From Amoeboaphelidium occidentale (lineage: Eukaryota): a stretch of DNA of 49,686 nucleotides. The position numbers were made by a program, and so were the translations under genes. The notes under the pieces are model-generated. The model ran no database searches. It was not told the DNA's origin and was given only the letters and a program-made list of their open reading frames with translations. Of this stretch, positions 12,463 to 23,153 are shown piece after piece (positions within the stretch are counted from its first letter, which is position 1; each line of letters begins with the position of its first letter). The stretch is from contig JALGPX010000082.1 in assembly GCA_023515795.1 (NCBI GenBank), positions 1 through 49,686 of the forward strand, written 5' to 3'.

Positions 12463-12800
12463 GTATAGTGCAAGATTGTTCAGAGATCAGAAAAGAGAGA
12501 TCAGAATGATTTTGCTCGACAAAGAACTTGTAGGCTATAACAATTGCTGAAAGGATAAACTAATGGTGAATGCAATAGGCCAAGTGAGTGACATATCCAG
12601 TGTTTGACGAAGAATGCTTGTTGTTCGCTCGATCGAAGTTTATGTTACAAACAATGCGCCAAGAATTTTTGCAGATGCATGAGATAACAATATTCAAATG
12701 AACCATCGCCCAATTGGCCATCATTTACAGACTTAAGGTTTATTCGATTCCTAGAGGGTTGCTTTTGAGTGAGTGGTTTTTTGCGATTCGATAGATCCGC

Positions 12801-13524
12801 TCAATACATCTTGTGGATATCACTATCAATACACTCTTCCAACTTATCTAAACGATCCCACCATTTCATGAGGAAGCTATCACAAATCAAAGCAAACCAT
12901 GGAGTTAGCTTTACTTCTCCGCGTTGTGATTTTTTGATCAGCTCCAGCATCTCGTCCTTCGATACGTAACGGTGGTTCATAACTTCATTAGCATTTGTGT
13001 TGTCCAGCAATACGCTCTTTTTGGCAAAAAGGATATAATCGACCTCATGCTCGCCCCATACGGTATCAGATTCAGCTTTGTAGAGTATTTTGGTCAAGAA
13101 CGTCAAGTCATCCGCTTCAATTCCAACGATTCCAAGTTCATGGTTTAGTTTGCGGATGGCAGCGCTCTTTACCCCCTCTACTCCGTCTTTCTCTTCCGGT
13201 AAATTGAACAAAGGATGAGAACAGCACGTATTTGTCCAATATTCAGGGAAGGTGATCTTTTCCTGCGAACGCTGCTGCAGCAGTAATTCTCCTTTATCAT
13301 TGAAGAGGAATACGCTGAATGCACGATGTAGAGCGTTGCCAGATTTTATGTTGGTCATTAAATGGCCTTTTAAATTAGCAACATATGACCGCGTCTAACT
13401 TACAGGCTTTCTTGCTTATTGAGCCTTCAATAACATCTTGCTCATTAACTTTAATGCATACTTCGTTCATCAATTCGACCTGCGTTTGGTCATATTCCTG
13501 CATGACCTGCTCAATTACTGTCAT
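12801..13524 (-). CDS. IDI1: Isopentenyl-diphosphate delta-isomerase (type I)
   Basis: LHRAFSVFLF, KITFP, WTNTCCSHP, WGEHEVDYIL. First exon MTVIEQVMQEYD... joined via intron 13367-13403. Confidence 0.96.
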
Positions 13525-13530
13525 TGTGCG

Positions 13531-15330
13531 ATGAGTTTGATCAGAAAATTGCCGCCTGAAGTTGTTCAGAGGATTGCTGCAGGAGAAATTATTCAACGGC
13601 CGCACAATGCCGTGAAAGAGCTTCTTGAAAACTCGTTGGACGCTGGGGCCACTCATATTCAGATTTCCGTAAAAAACGGTGGATTCTCGTTGCTACAAGT
13701 AAGCGACGATGGATCGGGCATAAGAAAGGAGGACCTGGAAATTGTATGTCAGAGGTTTACAACGAGCAAGATAAAGAGCCTAGATGATCTTATGGATGCA
13801 ACCAGTTTCGGTTTCAGGGGAGAGGCATTATCTGCGATTTCCTCCGTCGCAAACGTTGAAATCACAACGAGAACGGCTGATAGCGAGTGTTCATACAAAG
13901 CAGACTATCGAGAAGGAGTGCTATTGGGAGAGCCACAACCTTTTGCTGGAAACGTGGGGACAAAAATCAAAGTTTCAAACATGTTTCTAGATTTACCGTC
14001 ACGAAGGAATGCAATTGGCGAAAATTACAACGAAGAATTTTTAAGAATAATGAATGTGGTCATTAATTACGCAGTTCAGTTTCACCACGTCTCATTTTCG
14101 TGTCGAAAAGAAGAATCCAGTAATGCCGAAGTCCAAACAATAGCTGGTGACCGGCTTAGCGTTCTGAGACAATTAAATCCGTCAGCTCTTACATCAAGCC
14201 TAAAGAAGATTTGTTTTGAAGGAGATAAAATTTCAATGGAAGGCTTCATATCGGCTCCTGAATATGTCAATAAGAAAACGAATTTAATTCTATTCCTGAA
14301 TAATCGTTTGGTTTCAAATCAAGCGATTAAGAAAACTGTTGAAACTGCGTTCTCAAAGTTCGCGCCGAAGGGATGTCATCCGTGGTGTTTTTTATCTGTC
14401 CAAGTTCCACCGAGAAGAGTTGATGTTAACATTCATCCAACAAAAAGAGAAGTGCGATTACTGGACGAAGATGAGATAACAGCCATACTCGCAAGTGAAG
14501 CATCTACTATTCTCCAAACGTCTTCAGAAGAGAAAGAATTTTCTGTCACGAAATTCTCTCAGACCCAGTTGAAACGATCTTCAAGTGTGGAAGAAACTCC
14601 AAGCACAGCCAAGAAAATTGCAGTCCACAAACTCAAGAGAGTGGATACAAAGGATCAAACCCTAGAAGAGGTTTTAAAAAGGGGGTTAAATTTTCAACCT
14701 AGGACATGGGTAACAGTCAGACTCACATCGGTTCTTCGATTGAGGAAAGAATGCGCTGATAAATCTGATCCTGTTCTTGGGGAAATGTTCAAAGATGTCA
14801 AGTTTGTTGGGAAGTTAAGCGAGAATCATTTATTATTTCAACACAACATTGGATTGTACTGTGTTAATATCCCTCGCATCAGCGAACTCATGTTCTATCA
14901 ACTCTTCTTACACTATTTTCATAATTTAGAGGAGTTTGTGCTAGATCCTCCGATAAAACTCGAAATGAAGTTAGAAAAGCTCCAAATGATGAAAGAATAT
15001 TTTAGCATACACATTGACGAAGATTCTGGACGTTTGGTAAGGCTTCCTGTGGTCATCAAGGGTCACAAACCGAATCTGTCTCGCATTGACCGTTTCATCG
15101 AACATTTGGCTAATCCAGATATCTGGGATGATGAAATGGTTTGTTTTAGGGCAATTATCGCCGCTTTGTCTCAGCTTTACAAGGTCGATGATCTTTCTGT
15201 GTTTAGTGACCTAGACTTCTTAATCGACCAGCTGAAGTTGATCAAAATCCCAAGTCACGTATTTAGTGACGGAGATATCAAGGAACTGGCAAGTTTGTCG
15301 AATTTATACAAAATCTTTGAGCGCTGTTGA
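13531..15330 (+). CDS. MLH1: DNA mismatch repair protein MutL homolog 1
   Basis: RIAAGE, KELLENSLDAGAT, FGFRGEAL, DVNIHPTKREV and the diagnostic C-terminal FERC. Confidence 0.97.
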   Translation: MSLIRKLPPEVVQRIAAGEIIQRPHNAVKELLENSLDAGATHIQISVKNGGFSLLQVSDDGSGIRKEDLEIVCQRFTTSKIKSLDDLMDATSFGFRGEALSAISSVANVEITTRTADSECSYKADYREGVLLGEPQPFAGNVGTKIKVSNMFLDLPSRRNAIGENYNEEFLRIMNVVINYAVQFHHVSFSCRKEESSNAEVQTIAGDRLSVLRQLNPSALTSSLKKICFEGDKISMEGFISAPEYVNKKTNLILFLNNRLVSNQAIKKTVETAFSKFAPKGCHPWCFLSVQVPPRRVDVNIHPTKREVRLLDEDEITAILASEASTILQTSSEEKEFSVTKFSQTQLKRSSSVEETPSTAKKIAVHKLKRVDTKDQTLEEVLKRGLNFQPRTWVTVRLTSVLRLRKECADKSDPVLGEMFKDVKFVGKLSENHLLFQHNIGLYCVNIPRISELMFYQLFLHYFHNLEEFVLDPPIKLEMKLEKLQMMKEYFSIHIDEDSGRLVRLPVVIKGHKPNLSRIDRFIEHLANPDIWDDEMVCFRAIIAALSQLYKVDDLSVFSDLDFLIDQLKLIKIPSHVFSDGDIKELASLSNLYKIFERC

Positions 15331-15376
15331 TACAAAACTCGAATAGAAATTTTTCAATTTTCTTTTTCAAACCAAC

Positions 15377-16133
15377 ATGGATTCAGCAAAAAGAGTACGT
15401 GATATTAGCGTGACTTTCTAATCCTTAGGAAATATTGTTACAAAAAGCTAAAGAGCTCGACCTGAACGCGATAGCTGGCAAAGAGCTCGAATGGATTGAA
15501 AGACTAGATTACACGACTACGCGCTCATGCCCTGATGATCTTAAAGACAATGATATTGAACGCGAAAAGGTTTTTATGGCAATGGCTTTAGAATGCGCGC
15601 TTGAGGCTCAGAAAAGAGTTCTTGCCGCAGGCATTCCGTTCGAGAGACCCGAAGACTACTTCGCTGAGATGATCAAAACTGATGAACAGATGGATAGAAT
15701 CAAGAAAGATTTAGTTGAAGAGGCATCCGTTATCAAGAAGAAGGAAGAAGCGCGTAAGATACGTGAAATGAGGAAGTTCGGAAAACAGATCCAGTCTCAA
15801 AAGATCCAAGAACGTCAAAAGCAAAAGGCAGACACTCTGTCCAAGATTGACGCTATCAAGAAGAGAAAGCGAGAGAATAACAATTTGGACGACGACGATG
15901 AGTTCGATCTTAGCCTGCTTGATAACGAGGATGATCACAAGCAGAATCATAAAAAGAAAGGCAAGAAGTCTCGCGATGCAAGAGACAAACAATTTGGGTT
16001 TGGTGGAAAGAAACGATTCCAGAAGAGTAACAATTCAGATAGCGTTAACGAATTCTCATTCAATGTAAAGAAGAATAAGAAGACATTTAAGAAGAATCGT
16101 CCAGGAAAATCAAAGAGACAAAACAAGAAATAA
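15377..16133 (+). CDS. EBP2: rRNA-processing protein EBP2
   Basis: RPEDYFAEMIKTDEQM, KFGKQIQ, FGFGGKKR, RPGKSKR. First exon MDSAKR followed by a short intron. Confidence 0.93.
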
Positions 16134-16148
16134 GGTTGCATAATAGAT

Positions 16149-17360
16149 TCATTTAGAATTGACAATCGCTTGATAAGCAACTATTTTCTCCTTTGCTGAA
16201 GTAATTTTGGCCTTAGCTTTATCTGAAAGAAAGTAAACTGAACCGGCCTGTCCTTTGAACTCTTCAGTTGAGCTTGAAATATCACATGAACCTTCAACTA
16301 TCAGTAAAATACCAGGCCCAACTGATGATAATTCGATAGATTTTCCCTGCAATACTTCCAAGCGACAAACAGAAAACTCAGGAACAGGAGATCTATACAG
16401 GCGTACACCTGTTGGTAGAGTTTCACCACCAAGAACTAATGAAGACGCAGAATAAGTTTTGAATGTGAGCATGCCAAGCAGTGTTTCAACGTCCTTGAGC
16501 TTTGGAGTTAATCCTGCTCGAACAACATTATCGCTGGTAGCCATACATTCGATGCAATCACCAGAAAGATATGCATGAGGTTCATTAGCACCAAGAAACA
16601 CCGCTTGTGACGGCTTCAAGCAAAGGTAATTCAACAACAAGCAACAAAAGCAGCCAACATCTCCTGGATACTGAGAGTTCAATCTTACAAGTAGCTCTTC
16701 TCTGCTGCCTTTCGAAAATGATTTCCCAGATGCCTTTAACCTCTGAACAGCTTTATCGACTGCTTGCTTGACATTTTCGTCTTTGGATCGCATCAATGCG
16801 CCAAACATGACTTTTAGAGTCTCTTTCGAAGGATTCGATTTGAAGACAGACACAGTATCGTTACCAACCAATTCACCAAGTTCGGGAAATAAAGCGATGC
16901 TTTCCAAGATATCGTGAAACTCCCTGAATCCACACAAAGCCTCAAAGTCAGTTAAAGCTATGGCCATTTCAGGCTTGTGATTATCATCCTTGTAGGCATT
17001 AGGAAACTTCGCATGTAAGACCTTGGCTAATTCCTTGTCGGGATGAGCTTGAATAGACAGCGCTTTGTTGACAGACAAAACTTTGAACAAGAAGGGCAAC
17101 TCACCCTGAAAATCTCCAGCCACTTTGTCAGATAAAATTCTTGAAGGATCTTTGCGTATTCTGTCAGACAGAAGTTCACCTGAAGAGTAGATTTTTGATG
17201 GACCATTAACATGAGTTCCCATCCACAATTCCGCATAAGGTTCGCTTTCTTTAATGGAGCCTTTTTCTGCAGAAGCATTCAATGACAGCTGAGCTACTTT
17301 AGAATCTGAGCCCAATTTTCCCCACGCATAATTCTGCGCCGCACAGGAAAGTCGGAACAT
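16149..17360 (-). CDS. PMI40: Mannose-6-phosphate isomerase (class I)
   Basis: QNYAWGK, YAELWMGTH, LSIQAHPDK, YKDDNHKPE, PHAYLSG, SDNVVRAGLTPK. Confidence 0.97.
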   Translation of the reverse strand: MFRLSCAAQNYAWGKLGSDSKVAQLSLNASAEKGSIKESEPYAELWMGTHVNGPSKIYSSGELLSDRIRKDPSRILSDKVAGDFQGELPFLFKVLSVNKALSIQAHPDKELAKVLHAKFPNAYKDDNHKPEMAIALTDFEALCGFREFHDILESIALFPELGELVGNDTVSVFKSNPSKETLKVMFGALMRSKDENVKQAVDKAVQRLKASGKSFSKGSREELLVRLNSQYPGDVGCFCCLLLNYLCLKPSQAVFLGANEPHAYLSGDCIECMATSDNVVRAGLTPKLKDVETLLGMLTFKTYSASSLVLGGETLPTGVRLYRSPVPEFSVCRLEVLQGKSIELSSVGPGILLIVEGSCDISSSTEEFKGQAGSVYFLSDKAKAKITSAKEKIVAYQAIVNSK

Positions 17361-17490
17361 GCGATTCGCTGAGTTTGTGAAACAACCAAAAAGATTTTCC
17401 TTTGCCATGCGATCTAGCAGTTGCGCACTTTGCATTTTTGCATTCTTTTTCCTGATTTTCATATTCACATTCACAAGAAAGCCTATTGAT

Positions 17491-17937
17491 ATGTCTTCAA
17501 CTTCAAATCAAGGAGCCCCTTCACTTCAAGCTTTGGGGCAGCAGTATCAGAACATGAGAAAAGCACCAAGCCATTTCGGTGCAGATGTCGGACAAGATTT
17601 CAATCCAGAGGTTGATGCTTACGATTCGCCAAAGCATAAGATCATGCAGCAATTGGGCGATCTTTTGGGAGATGGAACAAAGAGCGGTGCAGATGTTTTG
17701 CAAACGATGGGTGAAGCTGATGAGATCACAGCTGATTTGAGCCAACCATTCCAATCGCCCTCATTTATGCCAGGTCCTGTTATACCTGAGGGTGCATCAG
17801 GGAAAGAGGGTGCCGAAGAAGCAGATACGATCTACATGTTGTATTACTGGCGTGGAAGGCACGATTTCCTTTGGTTCAAGCTGAGACAATCAGATGAGAA
17901 AGTTGTTAAACACGGATGGTTCAAAACCAATGAATAA
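17491..17937 (+). CDS. Hypothetical protein (~148 aa), intronless
   Basis: Clean ORF with coding-like composition, a YYWRGRHDFLWF...GWF C-terminal motif, and AATAAA at the stop. Confidence 0.75.
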   Translation: MSSTSNQGAPSLQALGQQYQNMRKAPSHFGADVGQDFNPEVDAYDSPKHKIMQQLGDLLGDGTKSGADVLQTMGEADEITADLSQPFQSPSFMPGPVIPEGASGKEGAEEADTIYMLYYWRGRHDFLWFKLRQSDEKVVKHGWFKTNE

Positions 17938-17956
17938 ATAAAGTATATTTTGATAT

Positions 17957-19876
17957 TCATTCATTATTATCTGATGATAATTCCATCAAGCTTCCCATAA
18001 GTTTGTCTCCGTTGGTCAAATCTGAAGTAAACACGAAGTAATCGCATGCTTCAGTTTGCGGCCGATTATGAGCGAGAAATCTAAGAGCGGATATTTCAGC
18101 CAATGTACACCCACCAATGAAGACTACAAGCCCAGTCTTCTTGCCTTGTTTCTTTGTACCAAATACATCTTGTCTCAAATCGAACGATGGACCAGGAAGG
18201 AAATTACAATATTCCTCCAATGATTTCCATGCATTATTGCCTTCAGCCTTTAGCAAGTTCCGTGTAAGCGCTTCTATAATCCGAACACTTAGAGGGGCAT
18301 ATCCAGAGTAAACATAAGAAATATCCTGAGGATTTTGTTCATCGACTTCATCAACCACAAGCTTCAAATTATTTTTTACAATGGAAGCATTTTGCTTTGA
18401 TAGAATATTCCTCAGCAAACCAACATGCGCCAAAGCATCCAAGTGCTGCAAGTATTCGAATCCATAAGCATGAATAATATCCTGTTTTAATTGCTCCAAA
18501 ACTTTTGGCTTAAAAACATAACCTGTTAGAAATAAAAGACAAAGCAGTCGTAACACTCGTGTGATAGATTGTCTTGCGTATATTGCTTCTTCAACTTGCT
18601 TTAAAACATCAGTCACATCAACGCCATCGAGGATTGTTTGTTGTGCATCCCAATCTCGCAACAATTCAGACCCGATAACATTCTTATTCAAGAATTCTGT
18701 GATATTTGTATGTAATTGTAATGATTGCTTGTCTTGAAGCATGCCACCTAATTTTGACACAAAGTCTTTCAACTCAGTGACAGATTTTGCTTGATGCCGT
18801 GCTTCATCAGTTTGTTTGATGATCTTTGCATTCTTGTTAAGAACTTTGCCAACAACTGATATGTTGCTGTCTCGTATCTCATTAAATAGTCTATCTGATG
18901 AATTCAGAGCGAACTTCTTCTTGTCCTTGACGCCAGAAATCTCATGATTTAGAGAAATGATGCCTACAATTTCAATTAGATTAAGCCAGAAAAGCTACCA
19001 TGGTTGATTCCGAAGTACTCATCCAGAATGCCTTCGTAAGTCAGCTGTGTCAGCATTGGCGTGATCATGTCAACATTTCTGTCGAGAATAATCACGAAAT
19101 CTATCTCGGATTTTGTTGGTATCTTTTCTGGTGGAAAGTCCGCTCTCAGGCGTAACAGGATGTCCGCGAAAACTTTTGCAAAATACCCCTTCCCGATTAC
19201 ACGAGGAATTATCCCGGAGGTCAGCTGAAGTTTCATGACTGCTTTAGCCATCCAATTGATCGTCGTGTAGTCGCCGTCATAAAACAGCTCCCTAAAACTG
19301 TTGCTGTATTCCATTGATATAACATCAGACTCCAAAGGAAACATGTCCAAATGATATTCCCCAATGGTGATATCACCTAAGACACCTTCGTCCTCGAGTA
19401 TTCTCTCGCAAATCGTTTGTCGACATGGCGTAAAGTATAAAAAGAAGACAGTCCTCTGCCCAACAGCCCTTACTCGTTTGACCTGGTCTATAACGCATAT
19501 TTAGTAGAAAACCACAAAAATAACCTGCTATAAGTCCCATGTGTCCAAGTTTAGGCCTGGTAAGGTAAATTACAGTGCCACATTCCGTTTCCAAAGCTTC
19601 GCTGTCCAAATGATAAATCTTATCAACGCCATGCTCCTGAATTCCACGTGAGCCAGTCGAATGTTAAAATTACTTTAAGCAAAGAATACTCTGCGACCAG
19701 GCTCAGGGGCCCAGACAAAGACTTGTCGATAACTAAAGCTTTACCAATTCCAGGGCACTGCAAATGTGAGCCAATAAATGTGAAATTACGGAGTCCAGAA
19801 TGTCTATAAGTTCCTTCCTACTGAATTCTCGAATGTTTAAAGGGTTTATGGGATGGTTGCGAAGGTGTGATGACAT
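17957..19876 (-). CDS. VPS33: Sec1/Munc18-family vacuolar sorting protein Vps33
   Basis: Five exons: KALVIDKSLSGPLSL, LDRNVDMITPMLTQLTYEGILDE, DISYVYSGYAPLSVR, VFIGGCTLAEISALRFL. Confidence 0.95.
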
Positions 19877-20093
19877 TGAGAAATCGATTCAAAGATACGA
19901 CGGGCATCACAGGCAATTCACATTGAAAAGTGAAGCAATACAGAGCGTAAATGTGTTGCTCTTCTTACAAAGAACTTGGAAGATATCTGCCTAATTTGGC
20001 ACAATGATCACCGTGTTTCTTCTACTGACAACCTTTGTAACCGTGCTTTTGTTTCCTATTTCTTCTTCAGCCAAAAATAACTTCTGTTTAAGA

Positions 20094-21089
20094 ATGTGCA
20101 GATTCTTGCTTTACAAAGGAAAAGAGCCAATACTTTTAGCTGACTTACTGACAAGGCCTGAACATTCGATGGTTCACCAGAGTTTCGATTCCAAGCTGAG
20201 GGTGGATAAAAGGAGACCTCTGAACGGAGATGGATTTGGAATTGGATGGTACCAAGAGGAGAGACCTAATGACACTGCGCCTGAGCGACAGAATGAGTTG
20301 CTAAAGATGTACAGCGCTAAAGACGGTCCGTGTATATTCACAAGCATATTGCCAGCATGGACCAATTTCAATCTTATCCGGCTATCTGAGAAGATTCAAT
20401 CTAAACTGGTATTTGCTCATGTTCGCGCCGCGAGCCCTGGTTTTCCTATAACTGAAACAAATTGCCATCCATGGTCGTACGGTCGATTTCTCTTTATGCA
20501 CAATGGTTACATAAGTGGGTTCTCAAAGATCAAACGAAAGTTACAGAGTGTTCTACGTGATGAACTTTACCTTTTCGTCCAGGGCAACACAGACAGTGAA
20601 TGGATATTCGCACTATTTTTAAATCAATTTGATGATCCTTTAAATGGTGATTATGGTGCCGATAAAATGTCCGCTGCGCTACTTAAAGTCATCAACATAC
20701 TGAATCTTTGGTGCAAAGAAGCTGGTGTAATCGAACCTTCGTTGATGAATTTTGCTGTTTCAAACGGTTCTGTGGTCGCAGTTACCAGATATGTAAATTC
20801 CAAGACAATGGATCCTGCTTCTCTTTTCTATTCAACTGGAAGCAAGTTTGAAGCAGTATCTTGCGGTGTTTACAAAATGGTCACGCTTGATAGAAGAGAA
20901 AACCTCATCATTGTTTCATCTGAGCCTTTGACGTATGAAAGAAATGACTGGATTAGTGTTCCTGCTAATTCTCTGTTGGTGATCAATGAGAAGCTGAATT
21001 TGTTGACGTATCCCATCCTCGATGACTTCTACACCGAAGAAGAAAGGGCTCATTCCAGCGCATCAGAGAATCTATTGACGGTAAGTTGA
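20094..21089 (+). CDS. DUG3: Class II glutamine amidotransferase (glutathione degradation Dug3 family)
   Basis: N-terminal MCRFLLYKG, NGDGFGIGWY, FAHVRAA, NCHPW, FMHNG, GNTDSE. Confidence 0.92.
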   Translation: MCRFLLYKGKEPILLADLLTRPEHSMVHQSFDSKLRVDKRRPLNGDGFGIGWYQEERPNDTAPERQNELLKMYSAKDGPCIFTSILPAWTNFNLIRLSEKIQSKLVFAHVRAASPGFPITETNCHPWSYGRFLFMHNGYISGFSKIKRKLQSVLRDELYLFVQGNTDSEWIFALFLNQFDDPLNGDYGADKMSAALLKVINILNLWCKEAGVIEPSLMNFAVSNGSVVAVTRYVNSKTMDPASLFYSTGSKFEAVSCGVYKMVTLDRRENLIIVSSEPLTYERNDWISVPANSLLVINEKLNLLTYPILDDFYTEEERAHSSASENLLTVS

Positions 21090-22701
21090 GATCAGGTCCA
21101 AGGTGTCATATTCTGGAGGAACAGGTGTTTCAGGGACTGGAACCGTGACGGAGTTTTTCAATGCACTGGAACTTTTCGGAATAAACCCAGGTTTTTGTTT
21201 AGGTGCAACTTTGTCCCAAACGAATTTCTTATCGACTTCTACCGGAGAGGTTTGACTGCGCTGTCTTCCTTTTGGAGCACTATAAGGAGTTACAGGCGAT
21301 GAAGTCTCAGAGGCATCATGAGACATATTATCACTAGTAAATTCAGTGGAAGCAGAAAATTCAGCAGAATTTAATCCACTCGGGCTCGATAAAGCCCTTT
21401 CTCGTACATTCACTGCACCTTTCTTCTTATCTTGCGGTTTGGGAACTAAATGTGGATTAGCATTAGCTGTTTCGATCACGTTCAATAAAATATTCATAAC
21501 AGTCAACGCGGAGTCACCAAGAGCCAATTTAATAGGAACTGTTTTGCCCTCGACTTTTGGATTTCTAGTACCGAAATCCAAAGACACAGATTTAGCATCC
21601 AACTTCTCACTCTTCGAAATAAGATTGGAACTTGATTTCAAAGTAGCGGTTTTCCCTAATGCATCATAAAAAGCTTTAGGGACCGCAAACTGTCCTGGAT
21701 TAACAGCAACTCCCTTCAAGTGATACACACCGTACGACCATACAAGATGCTACTGAGGTTAAACTACGTGACTAATAACTTACGAAACGAGAATCTCTAA
21801 GCATCAGCCCGCCTACCAGTCCCACAGACAGATAAGAGCCAACGGATCGATCTCCTACAAGGAAAGAATATTGCTTACAACGTTAAAGATCATGAAATAT
21901 AATACCTTTGATTTCTTGATATTGTGAAACGTAATTTGCCTCATATTACTTAACCAATGCTGCAATTCTGTAGCAGTTTCTATAACATTGAATCAGTAAT
22001 TATAATGCTAGAAAGTACCAAATGCAAGTAAGAGAAACTGTTGACCATCTCGTATCGCAGCGATATGTCTCTTGGTCTTCAAAGCATCATTGTAGCGATC
22101 GATTAGATTTAGTCTTGTCTCAACCAAACTAAATACGTGCTCACATTCCAAAAATTCTTCACCCAATTGAGGAGCTCTTGAAAGAAGCGCCAATTTAGAA
22201 TCCGTCAGAATCGCAAATTTTCGAGACCAGCTAGGTGTGTCTTCAATCCGATTCATGTTCCGCACATGGCACCATCCAATATCCAAAACCTTTCCTTGAA
22301 AATTAGCTTCTGGCTGGAAATCCAATATGGTTTCCCTCTTTATCTTGTCAAGGGCTCTGACATTCGATCGAACCAGCCTAGCCCACTCCAATAGTTCTTC
22401 AGGTGATTCTCCCCTGAACATGACCTGATCAACTCCATCAGAATTGCCTAGCGTAACAGATTTCAGTCCATCATTGTTGTCATTGTACTGAAGTGTGATG
22501 CAGGCCTGTTTCAATGAAAAGGGACCAAGAATATTGGATTGATCATGTCCCTATGATTTAGTTGTGACCTCAGCAGTTGATCGTTACCTTCATTAGCTCC
22601 AATACGTCTGGCTTCAAGATAACAAAGTAATCAGACCACGATTGTAATAACTTATTGAGCCCTTTAGCTTGTAAGCGCATGCTGGGATACTTTTGGCTCA
22701 T
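21072..22701 (-). CDS. Syntrophin-like protein (PH-PH-SU, no PDZ) with low-complexity Ser/Pro tail
   Basis: Five exons: WSDYFVILKP|...FSLKQACIT...EWARLVRSNV...LDIGWC...WSRKFAILTDSKL...FSLVETRL...ETATELQHWL...ITF...LVWSYGVYHLKG. The order matches syntrophin PH1, PH2 and SU motifs. Confidence 0.7.
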
Positions 22702-22726
22702 TTCTGACACTTGATCAAACTTCACA

Positions 22727-23146
22727 ATGAATCTTCTTGACTACGCATTAGTTTTGGACAGCTCTGGAAAAGAAGCTTTCGATGCTAATGGGAATTCAGT
22801 TACTACTGTAGAGTTTTCTGTAAAAGGCGTTACTTTGAAATGCCAAAATATTGAGCACGAGCTCAGCGGAGTTGGCACGTTGATAGTAGGCACGGAAGTT
22901 TTATGTTGGTCCAATGAGGACTCTAAAAAAGGATTTTCGTTAGAGTATCCCCTAATAGCAATTCATGCTATATCACGCGAGCCCAAGCCGTGCGTTTATC
23001 TTCAAATTACTGATAAGGATAATGAGGAAGTGCTTCGCGAGATAAATCTTATCCCCGCAGATAGTTCAGAAGTAGAAGAAATATTTATGGCTTTATCAAA
23101 ATGCTCTGCACTGCATCCTGACCCTTCTGGTAGTGACTCTGAATAA
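22727..23146 (+). CDS. CLNS1A: Methylosome subunit pICln (Voldacs domain)
   Basis: GTLIV, GFSLEYPLIAIHAISR, CVYLQ, IFMALSKCSALHPDP. Confidence 0.9.
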   Translation: MNLLDYALVLDSSGKEAFDANGNSVTTVEFSVKGVTLKCQNIEHELSGVGTLIVGTEVLCWSNEDSKKGFSLEYPLIAIHAISREPKPCVYLQITDKDNEEVLREINLIPADSSEVEEIFMALSKCSALHPDPSGSDSE

Positions 23147-23153
23147 AGAATTA

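Noticed and set aside
13375..13656. Extended N-termini making IDI1 and MLH1 overlap (ORF starts 13656 and 13438)
   Set aside because: The extensions are antisense shadows of the partner gene; family-like N-termini begin at 13524 and 13531.
17359..17490. Long N-terminal extensions on PMI (from 17474) and on the hypothetical gene (from 17359)
   Set aside because: PMI homology starts at MFRL (17360); the region is best read as a shared divergent promoter.
20004..20093. Signal-peptide-like extension on DUG3
   Set aside because: Class II amidotransferases need Cys at the mature N-terminus (MCR at 20094); the T-rich upstream stretch is probably promoter or UTR.
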